Shown here piece after piece: positions 28,873 through 40,032 of a stretch of 64,000 nucleotides of DNA. Under the pieces are notes generated by a model. The model was not told the origin of the DNA, searched no databases, and saw only the letters and a program-made list of their open reading frames with translations. Every line of letters begins with the position of its first letter. Position 1 is the stretch's first letter. The position numbers were made by a program, and so were the translations under genes. The DNA is from an uncultured Ignavibacteriales bacterium (GTDB taxonomy: Bacteria > Zixibacteria > MSB-5A5 > GN15 > FEB-12), in the NCBI GenBank assembly GCA_964464605.1, contig CAYXJN010000003.1, forward strand, positions 124,001 through 188,000. Direction: 5' to 3'.

Positions 28873-29379
28873 TTACTGCTTCTCTTCTTCCATCGCCATC
28901 ATTTTGGCCATTTCTTCCGTATCACGGGCAGCGTGGGCATGCGTCATTTCGATGATCTTCGGATCGGTCGAGGTCACCATCAACAGATGAACGTTTTTGG
29001 AATCAACATTCTCCATCTTGGCTCCGGCTGCGCCCATGGCCATCATTGATGCACAATGTCCGCACATATTCATCTTTTCGCCGGCCATTGCTTTGCCGAT
29101 AAGACCCATCATGCTGGTATGGGCGCGTTGATAGGCTTCTTCAAACGCCGGATCAACCGTGCAGACACCGACCATACCGGTGGCAATCGGGTGAACTTCC
29201 CAAGTCATGTGTTCCATGAGTCCTTTTTCAGACATCATCGGTGCACAGAAGGCACAATCCTTCATGTTGAACCAGTTGGACGCCGGCGCGTCTGATTTGG
29301 CTGCCGTCGGGTCAACAGCCATAGCTGCTGCGACGACAACAAACATCATCGCGCACAACATTGCGGTGATACGCTTCAT
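28873..29379 (-). CDS. Secreted Met-rich protein with two CxxC motifs
   Basis: Signal peptide, CAFC, CGHC, about 26 Met in 168 aa; GGAGG SD. Confidence 0.82.
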   Translation of the reverse strand: MKRITAMLCAMMFVVVAAAMAVDPTAAKSDAPASNWFNMKDCAFCAPMMSEKGLMEHMTWEVHPIATGMVGVCTVDPAFEEAYQRAHTSMMGLIGKAMAGEKMNMCGHCASMMAMGAAGAKMENVDSKNVHLLMVTSTDPKIIEMTHAHAARDTEEMAKMMAMEEEKQ

Positions 29380-29561
29380 CTCTCATTCCTCCAGAAATAG
29401 TTAAGTGTACGTGGTGCCACGTATATCAGGCACAGTACCGTAATCTGACACAGCCTGATATCGTTAGCAAGTTTTTTGTCAGTCGAAATACTGTTCGTTT
29501 TCTTACAAAGATTTTTGCCGACCGACAGTCAGTTTGTACGGTGTACACAATGTGATAGTGC

Positions 29562-29589
29562 TTGACAAAAATTGAGCATACCGTAGCTT
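29562..29589 (+). promoter_or_regulatory. Sigma70-like promoter
   Basis: TTGACA-16 bp-TAGCTT. Confidence 0.45.
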
Positions 29590-29772
29590 GTATACACAGG
29601 CAGGAATGCAGGTTCCTGTCCCTCGCCTATCCGCCTCAACCGCCTTTTTTGACCCTCACAGAACCGCCAGTGTGGCAGACAGCTGTGCTGAAAAACGTCA
29701 TTCGGATGTTTTGAGCACAATACCATAGGCACAATAACTGCGAGTGAAAGACTCAAGTAAGGAGGGATGCGT

Positions 29773-29823
29773 ATGATACACACACACCGGCATCAACTGC
29801 ATGGGGAATCGGGAGGCCGGTAG
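29773..29823 (+). CDS. Candidate 16-aa His-rich peptide MIHTHRHQLHGESGGR
   Basis: TAAGGAGG SD 7 nt before ATG; TAG overlaps the next GTG. Confidence 0.35.
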   Translation: MIHTHRHQLHGESGGR

Positions 29824-30032
29824 TGGATATTCTAAAACGCATGAGGCGTTTGGCAGCAAACGCTCTTCGGGTGAAAACGGTACCAGTACCGCAGTGTACC
29901 CTGCAGATATCACGGGCTGTTGGCTGGCCCGGTACTTTTCTGAGCAATCAGAACGTTCCGCACACGCTCTATCATCCACACAGGGACGTGCATGGATATC
30001 TGAACCGAGCATGGCGAAACTGGCTCCGTTAG
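29823..30032 (+). CDS. Candidate 69-aa basic small protein
   Basis: GGGAGG SD and a GTG start coupled to the upstream TAG. Confidence 0.35.
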   Translation: MDILKRMRRLAANALRVKTVPVPQCTLQISRAVGWPGTFLSNQNVPHTLYHPHRDVHGYLNRAWRNWLR

Positions 30033-30059
30033 AACCTATAGAATTGTCCGTATAGAGAG

Positions 30060-30100
30060 GGCCCGCTGCTGTTTCGAAGGGAATTGCGGCGGGCTTTATT
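30060..30100 (+). terminator. Terminator-like hairpin
   Basis: GCCCGCTGC/GCGGCGGGC stem followed by TTTATT. Confidence 0.55.
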
Positions 30101-30315
30101 AGTTTATACCGTACCCTGGGGAAACCTTCCAACACCAGCCTGTAAGTGACACAGTAGGAAAAAGATTCCGAACTGTTCAGCCATCAATCAATTTTTCCGC
30201 TTACTCATTGTTACTATTAGACATACGCAATCGATTCAGCCGCAGTGCCATTTTCGGCATTCCGGTTGCAATTCCCCCTGTGAACCCAAACGGCACGTTT
30301 CAGAAGGAGTTCGCA

Positions 30316-30540
30316 ATGCGGGTAAAATTTGTACTGACAATGGATGATGCACTGGTTGGCGACCAAACAATCGACCAAATCGTCCTCGACTGGGAAGCAG
30401 ACATGGAGCAGGAACAGATTCTCGATGTCTCGCACAAATGGATTACCTCCAAAAACTTTTTGACCAACCGTATGGTCGGCTTGAATCGGGTCGGGGAATC
30501 CTCACTGACAATCGAACCGATGGAAGAGGGATTGTCATGA
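30316..30540 (+). CDS. Small acidic hypothetical protein
   Basis: AAGGAG SD before ATG 30316. Confidence 0.7.
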   Translation: MRVKFVLTMDDALVGDQTIDQIVLDWEADMEQEQILDVSHKWITSKNFLTNRMVGLNRVGESSLTIEPMEEGLS

Positions 30541-30872
30541 CAGGCGATTCACTGATTGTCCAAAGTGCAGCCTACCTTTCCTCAATGACCGCCAGCAGTG
30601 GTGACTTGAAATCGCTGGTTACCGCTGCCGAGCAGGCTATTCATACGCACTTCGGTACCAATGGTGTCATCGCAGCCTATGTTCTAACCGGTGCGTTAGG
30701 AATAGCTGTGCTGAATAAAATGATCAAGCTCGCACTTTCGGCCGTAATCTATCTGGTAATTCCGGCGTTAGCGTTAGCCTGGCTCGGCAGTCTGGTGCTC
30801 CCCTACTCCTTTGCCGCCCTCCTCCCCTTTACGACAGGTGGATGTTCCCTCTTTTTCCTATTCAAATCCTGA
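30537..30872 (+). CDS. Hypothetical membrane protein
   Basis: ATGA overlap with the previous gene; three hydrophobic segments. Confidence 0.65.
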   Translation: MTGDSLIVQSAAYLSSMTASSGDLKSLVTAAEQAIHTHFGTNGVIAAYVLTGALGIAVLNKMIKLALSAVIYLVIPALALAWLGSLVLPYSFAALLPFTTGGCSLFFLFKS

Positions 30873-30981
30873 CCCTCCCTCAAAATAGTTCAATCCGAAT
30901 GGCTGAAACTTTGGCCTTTTGGTTTCGTAGTATAATTCACGAATGACACAAGGCTCTTGATGATGGAGGTCAAAGAGAATT

Positions 30982-31671
30982 ATGCGTATGAAACAAATTG
31001 GATTCGCACTGATTACCGCGCTGTTGGCACTCGGTTTTACGATGCCGGTCGCGGCGAAAAACTGGGATTTCAACTGGAATAAACGCGGGGTGCGCGGCTC
31101 CGGTGATCTCACCACCAAAACCGTCACGGTTGACACGTTTACCAAAATTGAAAGCAACGGCGCATTTGATATTATTGTAAAAGTCGGTGGTACGCAGTCG
31201 GTCAGCATTACGTTCGACGACAACCTTATCGACCTTATCGACACGGATGTCCGTCGTGGCACGCTTATTTTAGATGCGAAAGACAGTTTCTCCTCGCGCA
31301 ACAACTGCAAAATCGAAATCACGGTAGCATCACTTGAAGAAGTTTATGTCGAAGGTTCCGGCGATGTGCGTGTGACTAATTTATCCGGCGATCTGTTTGT
31401 CTATGAAGTTGCCGGTTCCGGTGACTTCACTGCCGAAGGAACAGTCAAAGATATTGAGATCATCATCTCCGGTTCCGGTGATGTCGACACGCGCGACTTA
31501 AAAGCGAAAACCGCCCGCGTTGAAATTAACGGATCGGGTGATGTGATGATTTACGCGACCGAAAGCATCGATGGTGAAATCAACGGAAGCGGTGATATTC
31601 GCTACTACGGCAATCCGGCCAGCCGGAATGTACGCGTTGCCGGATCGGGCGGAATGTCTGCGGGACGGTAA
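30982..31671 (+). CDS. DUF2807 (head GIN domain) secreted protein
   Basis: Signal peptide, repeated GSGD motifs, YYGNP. Confidence 0.88.
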   Translation: MRMKQIGFALITALLALGFTMPVAAKNWDFNWNKRGVRGSGDLTTKTVTVDTFTKIESNGAFDIIVKVGGTQSVSITFDDNLIDLIDTDVRRGTLILDAKDSFSSRNNCKIEITVASLEEVYVEGSGDVRVTNLSGDLFVYEVAGSGDFTAEGTVKDIEIIISGSGDVDTRDLKAKTARVEINGSGDVMIYATESIDGEINGSGDIRYYGNPASRNVRVAGSGGMSAGR

Positions 31672-31710
31672 ATAAACTAACAGCACAGCTCTCTTTCTTT
31701 TTCTATACAT

Positions 31711-31744
31711 AAAGCCGCCCAAGCCAAAGGCGGCTTCTTTTTTA
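31711..31744 (+). terminator. Intrinsic terminator
   Basis: AAGCCGCC..GGCGGCTT followed by a T-run. Confidence 0.75.
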
Positions 31745-31872
31745 GTCAAAAAAACACCACCTGCGAACAAGTTGATTTAGTCATAATAATCTATTGAACT
31801 ATAATGACTTATGACAGTCTTTTTAGTTGCAATCGAGATGCGAATCTGTTATCTTTTCACAAGGAAAACAGA

Positions 31873-34155
<2,283 letters not shown>

Positions 34156-34156
<1 letters not shown>

Positions 34157-34734
34157 TGTTTCGCTTTTTTCGCATCATCGGTTTGACTGCGCTTTTCCTG
34201 CTCATGACGGTTTCAGTGTATGCCTTCGGCGCAAAGGAAAAGTCACCGGAAGAGCAAGCCACTGAAAACCAAAAGAAAGCGACGGAAGAATACAACAAGG
34301 GCGTACAGCATATGGACAAAGCGAAAGCGATCGCCATAAAAGGGGATTCCGCGTTTGCCTACAACTACCGCGCCACTGCCGATGCGAAAACGAAAAAGGA
34401 ACTTGAAAAGGCGGCAAACCGGTTTGTCAAAGCGACCGAAATAGATCCGAATATGAAAGAAGCCTTCAACAATCTTGGCTATACATACCGGAAACTGGGG
34501 AAACTTCCGGAATCAATCACCGCGTACGACAAAGCATTGGCAATCGATTCCCTCTTCGCGCAGGCACGTGAATATCGCGCTGAAACTTATTTGGCAATGG
34601 GACAATTAGACAAAGCGAAGGATGAGTACAAGATCCTTCGCAGGATGGAATCACCGCTTGCCGATACGTTGATGAAATCGATCGAGTTGTTCAAGCTCCA
34701 GCAGGTTGCCGGAGAAATTAATCACAACCATTAG
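34156..34734 (+). CDS. Secreted TPR protein
   Basis: TGATG coupling to gyrB, signal peptide, AFNNLGYTY TPR. Confidence 0.8.
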
Positions 34735-34735
34735 G

Positions 34736-35200
34736 CTATTTTGATTTGTCCTTCGGGGGGGGCGGGGTATCGTTCATAATATCATCCGGGTAATTTACTT
34801 TCGGCGTAAAAATGCCGAGCCAGCGCTGATACCATTTCCATTTCTTTTTCTCTTCTTTCAAAAACACTTTGATCTTTTTTTCCCGCTTGAGCGCGACAGC
34901 ATCCTGCGCTTCGATTTTCTGCAGCAAAATCTCAATTGATTCCCGTTTTTCCAAAGCTGAGCGGAATGTATCGTATTCTTTGAAATTGAAAATGGTTTGT
35001 ACTATCGGCTCAAAAAAGACCATCGCCTGCGATCCGATATAGTTAAGCGGCTTGACCGATTCTAAAAAGAGAATCGCCGGAACCGCCATTCCGCGGGCGA
35101 CGACTTTGGTGGCAACCTTTTCTAAAACTGCATCCTCTTCTGCAGGGAGAATCGGCTCGCTCGATTTGGGAAGATCACTATCGCGTCCGAACAGGCTCAC
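34736..35200 (-). CDS. Conserved hypothetical protein
   Basis: PAILFLESVKPLNYIGSQ; in operon with neighbours. Confidence 0.75.
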   Translation of the reverse strand: MSLFGRDSDLPKSSEPILPAEEDAVLEKVATKVVARGMAVPAILFLESVKPLNYIGSQAMVFFEPIVQTIFNFKEYDTFRSALEKRESIEILLQKIEAQDAVALKREKKIKVFLKEEKKKWKWYQRWLGIFTPKVNYPDDIMNDTPPPPKDKSK

Positions 35201-35670
35201 TTGGCTTCTCCAGAATCTGACGGAACATGTTTACCGACGAATGCGATAACCGCATCCTTATTATTTGAGAACATGACATACATTCCGCGAAAATTTTCTA
35301 ACCGGGACGGCTCCGCAAACGGAGACAACAACACGCCGTTTTTATCCGGATAAAAACTCCGGTACAACGACCATTGTTTTGTCAGCGTTTGGGTAGTCGT
35401 TTTGACTGTCACGCCGGTACTGTCAAGTTTGTAGCGGGTGGGGAAAAAGAATTTTGCCAGCGATGCCGCCATAATTACAAAGCCGAAAATCGCAAAGCCA
35501 ATCGATGCTGTCGCTGAAAAAACAAGCAATGGAATTATGATAATAAGCAAACAGACGCCAACCGATACCAGCGGCTTGCGCTTGACCGGATGGCACACCC
35601 ATTCCAGTGTTTCGCCAGGTTGTGCGGGCGTGGTAGTGAGTGGTTGGTCGTTCGGCAGAGAGTCGGACAT
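35197..35670 (-). CDS. Hypothetical 2-TM membrane protein
   Basis: Two TM helices, GVLLSPF..SRLENFRG. Confidence 0.75.
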   Translation of the reverse strand: MSDSLPNDQPLTTTPAQPGETLEWVCHPVKRKPLVSVGVCLLIIIIPLLVFSATASIGFAIFGFVIMAASLAKFFFPTRYKLDSTGVTVKTTTQTLTKQWSLYRSFYPDKNGVLLSPFAEPSRLENFRGMYVMFSNNKDAVIAFVGKHVPSDSGEAK

Positions 35671-35676
35671 CTGATA

Positions 35677-35877
35677 TTATTCCGGCGTACGGTAGCGCTC
35701 TTTTTTGACCGTTTCCATCATTTGCAAAAGTTCTTGCGGCGTGATCAGGTTTTTCTGCACCAAGAGCCGTACAAGCGCCTCCTGCGCAAGATTGTTCGAT
35801 AAGGCGAGTTCTTCGTAAGAGATATCCCGCGTTTTACCGTCTATCACCATCTTCAGGGCAAATTTTTTTTCATCCAT
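35677..35877 (-). CDS. Small hypothetical protein
   Basis: GAGG SD; operonic spacing. Confidence 0.7.
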   Translation of the reverse strand: MDEKKFALKMVIDGKTRDISYEELALSNNLAQEALVRLLVQKNLITPQELLQMMETVKKERYRTPE

Positions 35878-35899
35878 TGGCTACCTCGTATAGACAATA

Positions 35900-37693
35900 C
35901 TACTGTTCTTGATCAGAAGATGTTTCCGTCACTACCGGCTTTTCTTCCACCAGCACCGGCTGACCTCCCTGAACTCGATACAACGGTAAACGGGTATTAA
36001 CCCGCATTTGTGTAAAGATCACTCCGCCGGACAATCCGGAGTACCTGTTCGTAGTCAAAAGCTGCGCCGCAAGCGCATCTCGAGTCGGTTTGGCCGCGCC
36101 GAAGGAAGCACAAATGCAACTTAGCGCATCATACCCTACCCGCGCTAATCTTCCCGGAGCAGTTTGATATTCGTAGAGGTATTTCGAGGCAAACCGTACT
36201 TCCTCTTCCGTTTCCTGTGGCAGAATATAGGCAGAGGGGAAAATTGCATTCTTTAACACCGAGGTTCCCAATCCGTACACTGCCTGATCTCCCCATTCAT
36301 CGGAACCAAGATATGTTGAATTGACATTGTAAAATCGCAGTTGTGGCAAGAGTAAACGAATCTGTTCCGGTTTACCGGGCATGTATATACAATCAACCCG
36401 TATCGGCCGCTCTGCAATGTCGAGCGTGTCGCCGGCATCATTGATAAACGACAACGAGTCCGATTCTTTTGATCGTAGCGAGTATTTGATATCACCGATA
36501 ATCGATTTAAAATCTTTCTCACCGGAAACATAAAAAATCTGTACTGCTACGGTGCCGCCTGATTGTGTGAACCGATTGGTGAATGATTCCGCCATCCGGC
36601 GGTGCTCGGCATCATCCGATGTCAGTATCACCACCGTGTCAGCATGAAGTTGTTCGATTGCGTAGGATGCCATCCGTTCTGCCTGTACTGCGATATTAGG
36701 CGTGAGTTGAAACACTGAAGATGATAACTCGGTAAATCCGACATCCGATGCTGCCGGAACGATAATCGGCAAATTGGAACCGTTTAGCGCTGCGGCGGCA
36801 ACTGCGGATTCATCACTGGTGAGCGGTCCAATCGCGGCAATAAATGTATTATCTTTTGCGATTGTATTGAGCAAACCGGCACCGATAATTTTATCCCCTT
36901 CGGTGTCGTAGGGAACAAGTTGGATTGCTCGCGAACATTTTTCTGTCATACTGGCGATTTTTGCGCCGTTGAATATCTGCTCGGCAAACTCGGCATTTTC
37001 CCCGCTAAATGGAAGCACAACCGCTATTTTGACAGCGTTAGCCGTATCAACTGGTTTCGCAATAACTGGTGCCGCAGGTTCGCATAGTGCGGTTAGGCGT
37101 AATGCCCCTTCCGTATCGCCGCGCATGCTTCGCACGTTTGCCAATCGGGTTAAAAGCGGGCAGCGCGTATCTTTCGTGAGTGAAGATAAATCTGCTTCTT
37201 CCAGATATACGCCGGAGACATTACGAAACAAGACAGCCAGCGAACTATCAACCAGTGCTGTAAATTTGGTGTCCGGAGTCTTTTCTCCGGTCGCCAAGCC
37301 GTATGCCTGTAAATACTGCTGCGCCGCTTCGGTCGGTTGTTCTAAATAGCAATGGATGCCGCCTAAAAAGAAACAGGCCTCCTTGCGATAGCGTGAATCC
37401 GGAAACAAGGCAAGAAATTGCTCGAAGTGATGCTGCGCTTCGGCATAACGCTCGGCATGATACAATGACCGACCAAGCGCGAAACGGTACATGTCGACAT
37501 TCAGGTTGTCGGTCAGCAGCTGCGAGTAAATGCTGATCGCTTCATCGTTCTTATTCTTTTTTTCAAAATCGAGCGCCGCTTTGAAAAGCGAATCTGTCGA
37601 TTGCGCGAAACTGATTGGAGTTGTAACAAGAAAAATTATGAAAAGAGACGCCGTGAGAACCAGCGGCGATATCATGGTTCCCGGTCTCTTCAT
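35900..37693 (-). CDS. TPR plus type I periplasmic-binding-fold protein (LpoA/LppC-like)
   Basis: N-terminal TPRs, KIAVVLPFSG, IGPLTS, GYDA, GLSG. Confidence 0.75.
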   Translation of the reverse strand: MKRPGTMISPLVLTASLFIIFLVTTPISFAQSTDSLFKAALDFEKKNKNDEAISIYSQLLTDNLNVDMYRFALGRSLYHAERYAEAQHHFEQFLALFPDSRYRKEACFFLGGIHCYLEQPTEAAQQYLQAYGLATGEKTPDTKFTALVDSSLAVLFRNVSGVYLEEADLSSLTKDTRCPLLTRLANVRSMRGDTEGALRLTALCEPAAPVIAKPVDTANAVKIAVVLPFSGENAEFAEQIFNGAKIASMTEKCSRAIQLVPYDTEGDKIIGAGLLNTIAKDNTFIAAIGPLTSDESAVAAAALNGSNLPIIVPAASDVGFTELSSSVFQLTPNIAVQAERMASYAIEQLHADTVVILTSDDAEHRRMAESFTNRFTQSGGTVAVQIFYVSGEKDFKSIIGDIKYSLRSKESDSLSFINDAGDTLDIAERPIRVDCIYMPGKPEQIRLLLPQLRFYNVNSTYLGSDEWGDQAVYGLGTSVLKNAIFPSAYILPQETEEEVRFASKYLYEYQTAPGRLARVGYDALSCICASFGAAKPTRDALAAQLLTTNRYSGLSGGVIFTQMRVNTRLPLYRVQGGQPVLVEEKPVVTETSSDQEQ

Positions 37694-37701
37694 GATAGCA
37701 T

Positions 37702-38211
37702 CTACAGTGAATATTTTCCGAAATCTTCGGGGTTAATCCGTTTCAACCGTTCACGAAGCGATTCCGGATCGGTCGGCATCGGTGGCGGGACATCCGGGTT
37801 CGGATTTCGAATCTCCCCTTCCCGAATATTGAACAATTCCTCATTGACGAAAATCTTGGCGTTTGATTTGAGCGCTAAAGCGATCGAATCGGATGGACGG
37901 GCATCCACTTCATATGCATCCCCGTTCCGCTGGACGTGAAGCCGGGCGTAAAATGTCTGCTCGCGCAGTTCAACAATTTCCACCCGGTCAATTTTTGCCT
38001 GCAGCGTATCCATCACCTGCTTGAACAAATCATACGTCATCGGCCGTTTCGATTCCACGCCGGATAACTGCATGGCGATACCCCATGCTTCGGCGTGACC
38101 GATCCAGATCGGCAGCACTTTGTTGATGCCGATAGGGGACAATATGACCACCGGTGAATTGGTGGTCATATCGAGCGCGAGACCGTCTATTTTTGCTTCA
38201 AGCAGTTTCAA
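37702..38211 (-). CDS. Bifunctional nuclease (DUF151)
   Basis: LPIWIG..EA, RPMTYDL, DARPSDSIALA. Confidence 0.92.
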   Translation of the reverse strand: MKLLEAKIDGLALDMTTNSPVVILSPIGINKVLPIWIGHAEAWGIAMQLSGVESKRPMTYDLFKQVMDTLQAKIDRVEIVELREQTFYARLHVQRNGDAYEVDARPSDSIALALKSNAKIFVNEELFNIREGEIRNPNPDVPPPMPTDPESLRERLKRINPEDFGKYSL

Positions 38212-38664
38212 TTATACTCCGCTTTTCTTTACCACAAATAAGCGCAAGTTGGCGACCACGTCAGCATAAATCTTTACTGGAATCGTGTACACGCCGAGCA
38301 CTTTAATCGGGTTTTCCAGCTCAATTGCCCGCTTGTCGACCGTGACGCCTTCTTTGGCCAGTAGTTCGGCAATGTCGTTATTGGTAACCGACCCGAACAA
38401 TTTATCCTCTTCACCGACCTGTACTTCCTGGGTCAATGACAGTTTTTCAATACGATCTTTGATACGATCCGACTCACGGCGGCGTTTCCGGTCACGGATA
38501 TCCCGCTGAGTTTTGATTTCGTCGATCGAGGCCAGATTCCCTTTGGTGGCCGGAACGGCCAAATTGCGCGGAATCAGGTAATTGCGACCATAGCCGTTGC
38601 GGACTTCCACCGTTTGACCGGCGGCGCCCAAATCCGGCACGTCATGTCTCAAAATTACTTTCAT
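38212..38664 (-). CDS. rplI: 50S ribosomal protein L9
   Basis: MKVIL, GYGRNYLIP, KLFGSVT. Confidence 0.97.
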   Translation of the reverse strand: MKVILRHDVPDLGAAGQTVEVRNGYGRNYLIPRNLAVPATKGNLASIDEIKTQRDIRDRKRRRESDRIKDRIEKLSLTQEVQVGEEDKLFGSVTNNDIAELLAKEGVTVDKRAIELENPIKVLGVYTIPVKIYADVVANLRLFVVKKSGV

Positions 38665-38695
38665 AGCTTAGTCCTTCTTTTATACACACAATACA

Positions 38696-39772
38696 TTATT
38701 TCACTTCAGCAGCCGCGGCCGGGGCAGCAGGATCACTGTCTACCTTCCGCCAGTCGGCAAAACTATCAATAAATCCTAATAACGATATGATAAACAATCC
38801 GATCACTTGCGCGACGAACAACAGTACATACAGCATAATTCGCGTAAAAATACTGGCGCCGATTTTCTGCATCCCGTATTCAAGCAGCGACAGCCCGGTC
38901 AGGCAGTACCCGAAGGCAAGCATGAACAGGATATTATCGACCACCAACAGCACCATATCATTGGCACTGAGAATACGAACAGCAATCGCCACAATCACCA
39001 CCGGCATAATGGCAAACGGCATTTTCCATTTCACAAATGACCGTACGGCATGTCGAACATCGACCCGGCGGGCATGTCGCAAAAACAAGAGATGCGCTAT
39101 CGCGAACATCATAACGATGCCGAGCAAATTGAGGGCAGGAATCAACCGTATGATAAATTCGAGCCCCTGCTGCATCATCTCAAGCTGCGCCGACTGCTCC
39201 ATCACGCTAAGTCCCATCTTGGCCAAATCAGCGCGGGCATCTTCGATAAGCAGCTTGGATATGCCTTCGACATTTTCAGTAAATCCGTTCCAAAGCGGTG
39301 CGTATTGTACAACGGAACCGAGCATAACAATCGCCGTGCCAAACAAGAACACGCGCAGTTTCGGGTGGTAGCGCGCAGTAAAAAATCCGCCCGCCATTCC
39401 CGAAAGCGCAATCGTTCCGATCGGCACAACCGACAACAACAGCTTCGATTCACCACCCAATAACATCAGGGCAGCAAATGTCGCTGTTCCTGCCGCTGCT
39501 AACGCGATTGGAAGATGTTGTCCGAAAAAGGTGGTCACTTCAACTCCATAATACAAGTAGATACTCAATACGTATATAACCAGCGCGATGCCGAGCAGCG
39601 CGAACGGATTCTCCGCGAGGTGTGGCTGCACGACCAGTATGGCTCCGTACAACAGGAATCCGAGGATGACGCCATAGCGATGCAATCCCGCGCCATTGCG
39701 CTTTGGAACCTGTTTGTTTGAGCCATGCTCTGCTTCAACCGCAGAGCTATTACCGGAATGATTCACTTTCAA
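38696..39772 (-). CDS. DUF2232/YybS-like membrane protein
   Basis: Multi-TM, lies between rpsR and rplI, LGFIDSFADWRK C-terminus. Confidence 0.78.
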   Translation of the reverse strand: MKVNHSGNSSAVEAEHGSNKQVPKRNGAGLHRYGVILGFLLYGAILVVQPHLAENPFALLGIALVIYVLSIYLYYGVEVTTFFGQHLPIALAAAGTATFAALMLLGGESKLLLSVVPIGTIALSGMAGGFFTARYHPKLRVFLFGTAIVMLGSVVQYAPLWNGFTENVEGISKLLIEDARADLAKMGLSVMEQSAQLEMMQQGLEFIIRLIPALNLLGIVMMFAIAHLLFLRHARRVDVRHAVRSFVKWKMPFAIMPVVIVAIAVRILSANDMVLLVVDNILFMLAFGYCLTGLSLLEYGMQKIGASIFTRIMLYVLLFVAQVIGLFIISLLGFIDSFADWRKVDSDPAAPAAAAEVK

Positions 39773-40010
39773 ACGCCAGAATCGCCAAAATACGGGCGCG
39801 TTTTACCGCAATAGTAACTTTGCGCTGATGTCCGGCACAACAGCCGGTAACACGGCGGGAAATAATTTTCCCGCGTTCATTCACGAACCGGCGCAGCATC
39901 CGTTCGCTGCGATACGGTACTAATGCTAATTTATTATCGCAGAACCAGCAGACCTTACGGCGCCGTGGTTCCATCGGTTCTTTGCCTTCACTTCTATTAT
40001 TGTATCTCAT
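39750..40010 (-). CDS. rpsR: 30S ribosomal protein S18 (Zn-binding C+ type)
   Basis: RRRKVCWFC, ERGKI..RRVTGCCAGHQR, VKRAR. Confidence 0.95.
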   Translation of the reverse strand: MRYNNRSEGKEPMEPRRRKVCWFCDNKLALVPYRSERMLRRFVNERGKIISRRVTGCCAGHQRKVTIAVKRARILAILAFESESFR

Positions 40011-40032
40011 TATTTTGTCATCCTACTTTCGT

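Larger units (their letters stand above)
29596..30100 (+). ncRNA. Candidate structured RNA / small-ORF transcript of unknown family
   Basis: Lies between a promoter and a terminator-like hairpin; many stem-loops including GCAA/GAAA-type loops; no recognisable protein family. Confidence 0.35.

Noticed and set aside
28347..29379. c-type cytochrome call for the paralogs
   Set aside because: The motifs are CxxC (CAFC, CGHC, CPHC), not CxxCH
29821..29835. TAG read-through (pyrrolysine) of the His-rich peptide
   Set aside because: Read-through adds only three codons before TAA, and no pyl genes are seen
29590..30100. tmRNA, RNase P, SRP or group I/II intron identity
   Set aside because: No GGGGCTG/TCCACCA ends, GAGGAAAGTCC, CAGGTCCGGAAGGAAGCAG or convincing domain V/P7 motifs seen on either strand
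29529..30135. Minus-strand ORFs 29529-29783, 29698-30135 and 29753-29947
   Set aside because: No clear SD and no protein-like motifs; promoter and terminator signals favour the plus strand
31340..31660. Repeated GGTTCCGGTGA units as a CRISPR or DNA repeat
   Set aside because: They encode the GSGD repeats of the DUF2807 protein
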